DNA of 64,000 nt from NCBI RefSeq assembly GCF_041146345.1, contig NW_027191405.1:372001-436000 (forward strand), given 5' to 3'. Position numbers and translations under genes: made by a program. The notes beneath the pieces were generated by a model. That model searched no databases, was not told where the DNA came from, and saw only the letters and a list, made by a program, of their open reading frames with translations. Below are positions 61,101-64,000 of the stretch, piece by piece (position 1 is the stretch's first letter; each line of letters opens with the position of its first letter). Origin of the DNA: Neodothiora populina. Lineage: Eukaryota.

Positions 61101-61884
61101 TCCAAGTCCAACCCCGACTCTCAGTGCCCCTTGCTGCTGGTCCTTGGATGTTGTCGGTATCAGCAACAAGATCATCACGCTCTGCGCACCTGATTTAGCC
61201 ATGGCCTTTTCTGCCCTCTTTCCTAGTGCCGAGAACGACGGTAAACCAGCAGGACAATAGCGCACGATGATAGAAAGACCTACATAGCAGACAGCAAGTC
61301 GTCACAGCAGTCATACATATTTCCAAAACAATGCCAAAAAGAACATCGCCTTCATCCGAGGCAGGGTGCGTGAGTTCCGTAGCGAGCCCACTCGTCCGTC
61401 TCTGATTCCACGACTTGCTGCTCGAGAGACAATTCTAGACATGTGCGCCTAGCGAAAGCTCATATATTCGTGCTTTGTTGCGCTATTGAGTGTGGCACAG
61501 ACACATGGCTAGAAAACAGAAACAGACGTCTGATGCTCCCTTGTATGCCTATACCAAGCGAAAGAGCTTAACATGACGCAGGTACTTAGACTATATCGAG
61601 ACGCCAGGCTCGGGAACAAAGTGCCGCGTGATGCCTCGCTGTGAGATCGCGGGCATGGTCTACGGAAGGGTAGTGGAAATGAGACGAGATGGAGAAGGAA
61701 AGGAGATTGATGGTGGGATTATAGAGCTTGGAGGGTTTGCTTGAGTGCGTGCTTGGGTTTTGGTTTCCTGTACGGCATTCTGGGAGGGGTCTGTTTATAT
61801 AAAGGGGGGGGGGGGATTCGGGTCGCTGCTCTGTTGATCTTGTGGGTACATGCTGGAGCGGACTGTGGATTGTATGATGAAGCA

Positions 61885-61990
61885 GATGGTAGTGATGAAT
61901 GTTTAAGATAGTAGTGATGAATGTTTGGAATAATAGTGATAATATGTTTGAGATAATAGTGAAAGATGTCATAGTAGTGAAGGACGTCGG
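61885..61990. repeat. ~22-bp minisatellite GATAGTAGTGATGAATGTTTRA, about 5 units
   Basis: Two near-identical units followed by three diverged ones. Confidence 0.8.
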
Positions 61991-62362
61991 AGACTAACAG
62001 ATATCTGAGATGCAAGTAGATGTCCGACATAGCGGAAAGATATCAAAGACGAGAGAAGTCGTGAACGTATAGAGTAAAAGAAACAGGAGAAGAAGAAAAA
62101 TTTGCATGTCAGGGTATATATCTACATATCTCAATCAATTCGTTCCACACCGCATCGAACCATACCGTACCGTACCGTACATTCAACCTCAAGACCTGCT
62201 CTGCCCTTATTACTATTGGGAGGTTCTTGTTCAAATCTCTCGTATTCGTATCTTGTTCCAGTAGTCTCTCCCGATCAGGTTCCTGGATCCTCATGTTCTG
62301 CTTCGACGGTGTCCATTCCAAGACGTCGCAAGCGGCCTTATCTTTTCTTGTCGTAGTCCTTC

Positions 62363-64000
62363 TCAGCTCCGGTATGGCTCAATGTCCTGCATCATATCAA
62401 AAGGCAGGTCCTGCCAGTTCCACGGGAACGGAAAGGGCATCTGCGCGAGAGCTTCCCACGCGTCTTGTCCTTCGAATGTCTGTTTTCGGGTAGTGTCAGC
62501 ATTACTTTACTCTCTACGACCAATACAGGGTATGGCAGATATGCGACTGGAAAAGGACAAGACGCAAAGAAACAGAGCAAAACACTGACCTGTCCGCCAC
62601 AACTACTAGGAGCACCGTAACCCATAGTAGTAGCAGACATCCCACCCATATCGTGAGGCGCAGGATTGTTGTCAAGATTCATCCGTCGAATATGTTCCAA
62701 GGCCTCTGCGTTCAGTCCTGCCATCTGACCGGATTGGTCATGCATGCTGCTGCTACCAGCCGCAGCCGCCGGGTTCCATTGGAAGCCACTGCCTGGTAGT
62801 GAGTTTGGTGTGAGTTGTTGAAGTGGTTGTTGACTGGCGTGATATTGTTCTTGTGTGCTGACGGACGCCGTGGAGATAGGTGGATGATGCGCCAGGTTTA
62901 TTTCATGTTGATCTCGAGGATATGGCTGTGGTGGCATCTGTTGCTGCGATTGCTGCTGCTGTGGCTGCTGCTGTTGTGGTTGCTGTGGCTGCTGCTGATA
63001 CGGCTGATATTGCTGCTGCTCCGCACGCTGTTCTGCTTCCTTCTCGTCGCTGACTGTTATTCTTGCTGCTCGCAGTAGTTCCTTCATAATTGCAAGAAAC
63101 AAATGTCCATGACTTTCAATGTTCTCGCCGGAGAATCGTGATGTGTATTCAATAAGTGTTTCGGCAGCCTTGAGCTCATCAGGATCCCGGATGGGATGTG
63201 GAAGTTTGTTGATAAAGAGGATAACAAAGATGGACAACGGAAAATGTGTCCCGGCCCTGCAAGACATGTCAGAGAATGTGCTGCATCACGACCAAAAAAA
63301 AGGCTCCCTTACCAGAAAAAGCTCTCCGCTTCGTGCGGTATAGCTCCCAGCACATCAATGGACTTCTTCGCAGCCTCCACGCATCGCTCGGAAAAGACAA
63401 ACTGCAGTGGATCCGATTTCCTCCTTGCGCTATCACTGCTCGGACCCGGTCTTCCATTGCGGTATGCCTTCATCCGGTGTATCGTGATCACAGAGTAATG
63501 GTATTCAAGATGTAGACGAGCCATTTCGAAACTAAAAGGCTGGCACCAGGCGTCAATTGGATGGCCGGGTCGCACGCTAATGGGAAGTGCTTCTCGCCAT
63601 TGTTGGAGCTTTTCGTCCAGCTCAAGCACGGCGACGGTGATCTCGGCCTCGGAGCGTGATACGGTAACCGTGGAATAAAGTCGATACAAAATCTCTGCTT
63701 GAATCCTGGCCATCCAGGCGTTGAAATAGAACATATCCACGGTGTCGGTGTCTCCCTCCCGATTGGTTATTTCCAAGGAGTCTCCCAGCATGCTCTCCGG
63801 GAGCGCCAGTTTGCTGCCATGCAGCGCCTGTGCCGGTGGACGTCCGGTTCGGAACGAAGTCGCCTGATCGACTATCACTGCACACCAGAAAACCTGGTGC
63901 CGTTGCTCTCTTTCGAATGCGCTGATGTTGTTGAGGTTCGTGGTCTCGTGGAGTCCGATTGCATGGGAGGTCCGGACCGCGGCACTGGCCAAAAAGAAAC
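62363..64000 (-). CDS. Fungal-specific transcription factor (Zn2Cys6-associated middle homology region), 3' part; introns 63257-63312, 62480-62589
   Basis: AIGLH...EREQRHQVFWCAVIVDQATSFRTGRP motif, Gln-rich region and acidic/aromatic tail ending ...DIEPYRS*. Confidence 0.88.

Overview
Eukaryotic, intron-containing DNA from a filamentous ascomycete (probably a Dothideomycete; inferred from gene and intron style, not from a search). Conserved genes in order: M18 aspartyl aminopeptidase (5'-truncated), APC/C activator Cdh1, GAPDH, flavocytochrome b2 ending in SKL, a frameshifted Nudix hydrolase, Vtc2/3, a doubly frameshifted laccase, a DHA1 MFS transporter, an ACBP-domain membrane protein, an SDR, a GT71 mannosyltransferase, a Tyr-type bHLH factor, a Hook protein, an amidase and the 3' half of a fungal-specific transcription factor. 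The intervals at about 9.6-19.7 kb, 21.4-27 kb and 36-40 kb hold orphan ORFs, decayed gene relics and degenerate minisatellites. The most unusual element is a tandem pair of non-canonical tRNA-like genes (17983-18107, 18200-18328). They have Pol III A/B boxes, a 13-bp acceptor+T stack, and a conserved structured insert of about 55 nt in place of the anticodon loop. About 330 bp upstream lies a candidate pseudoknot + hairpin + U-tract RNA. All calls were made by eye and no database search was run.
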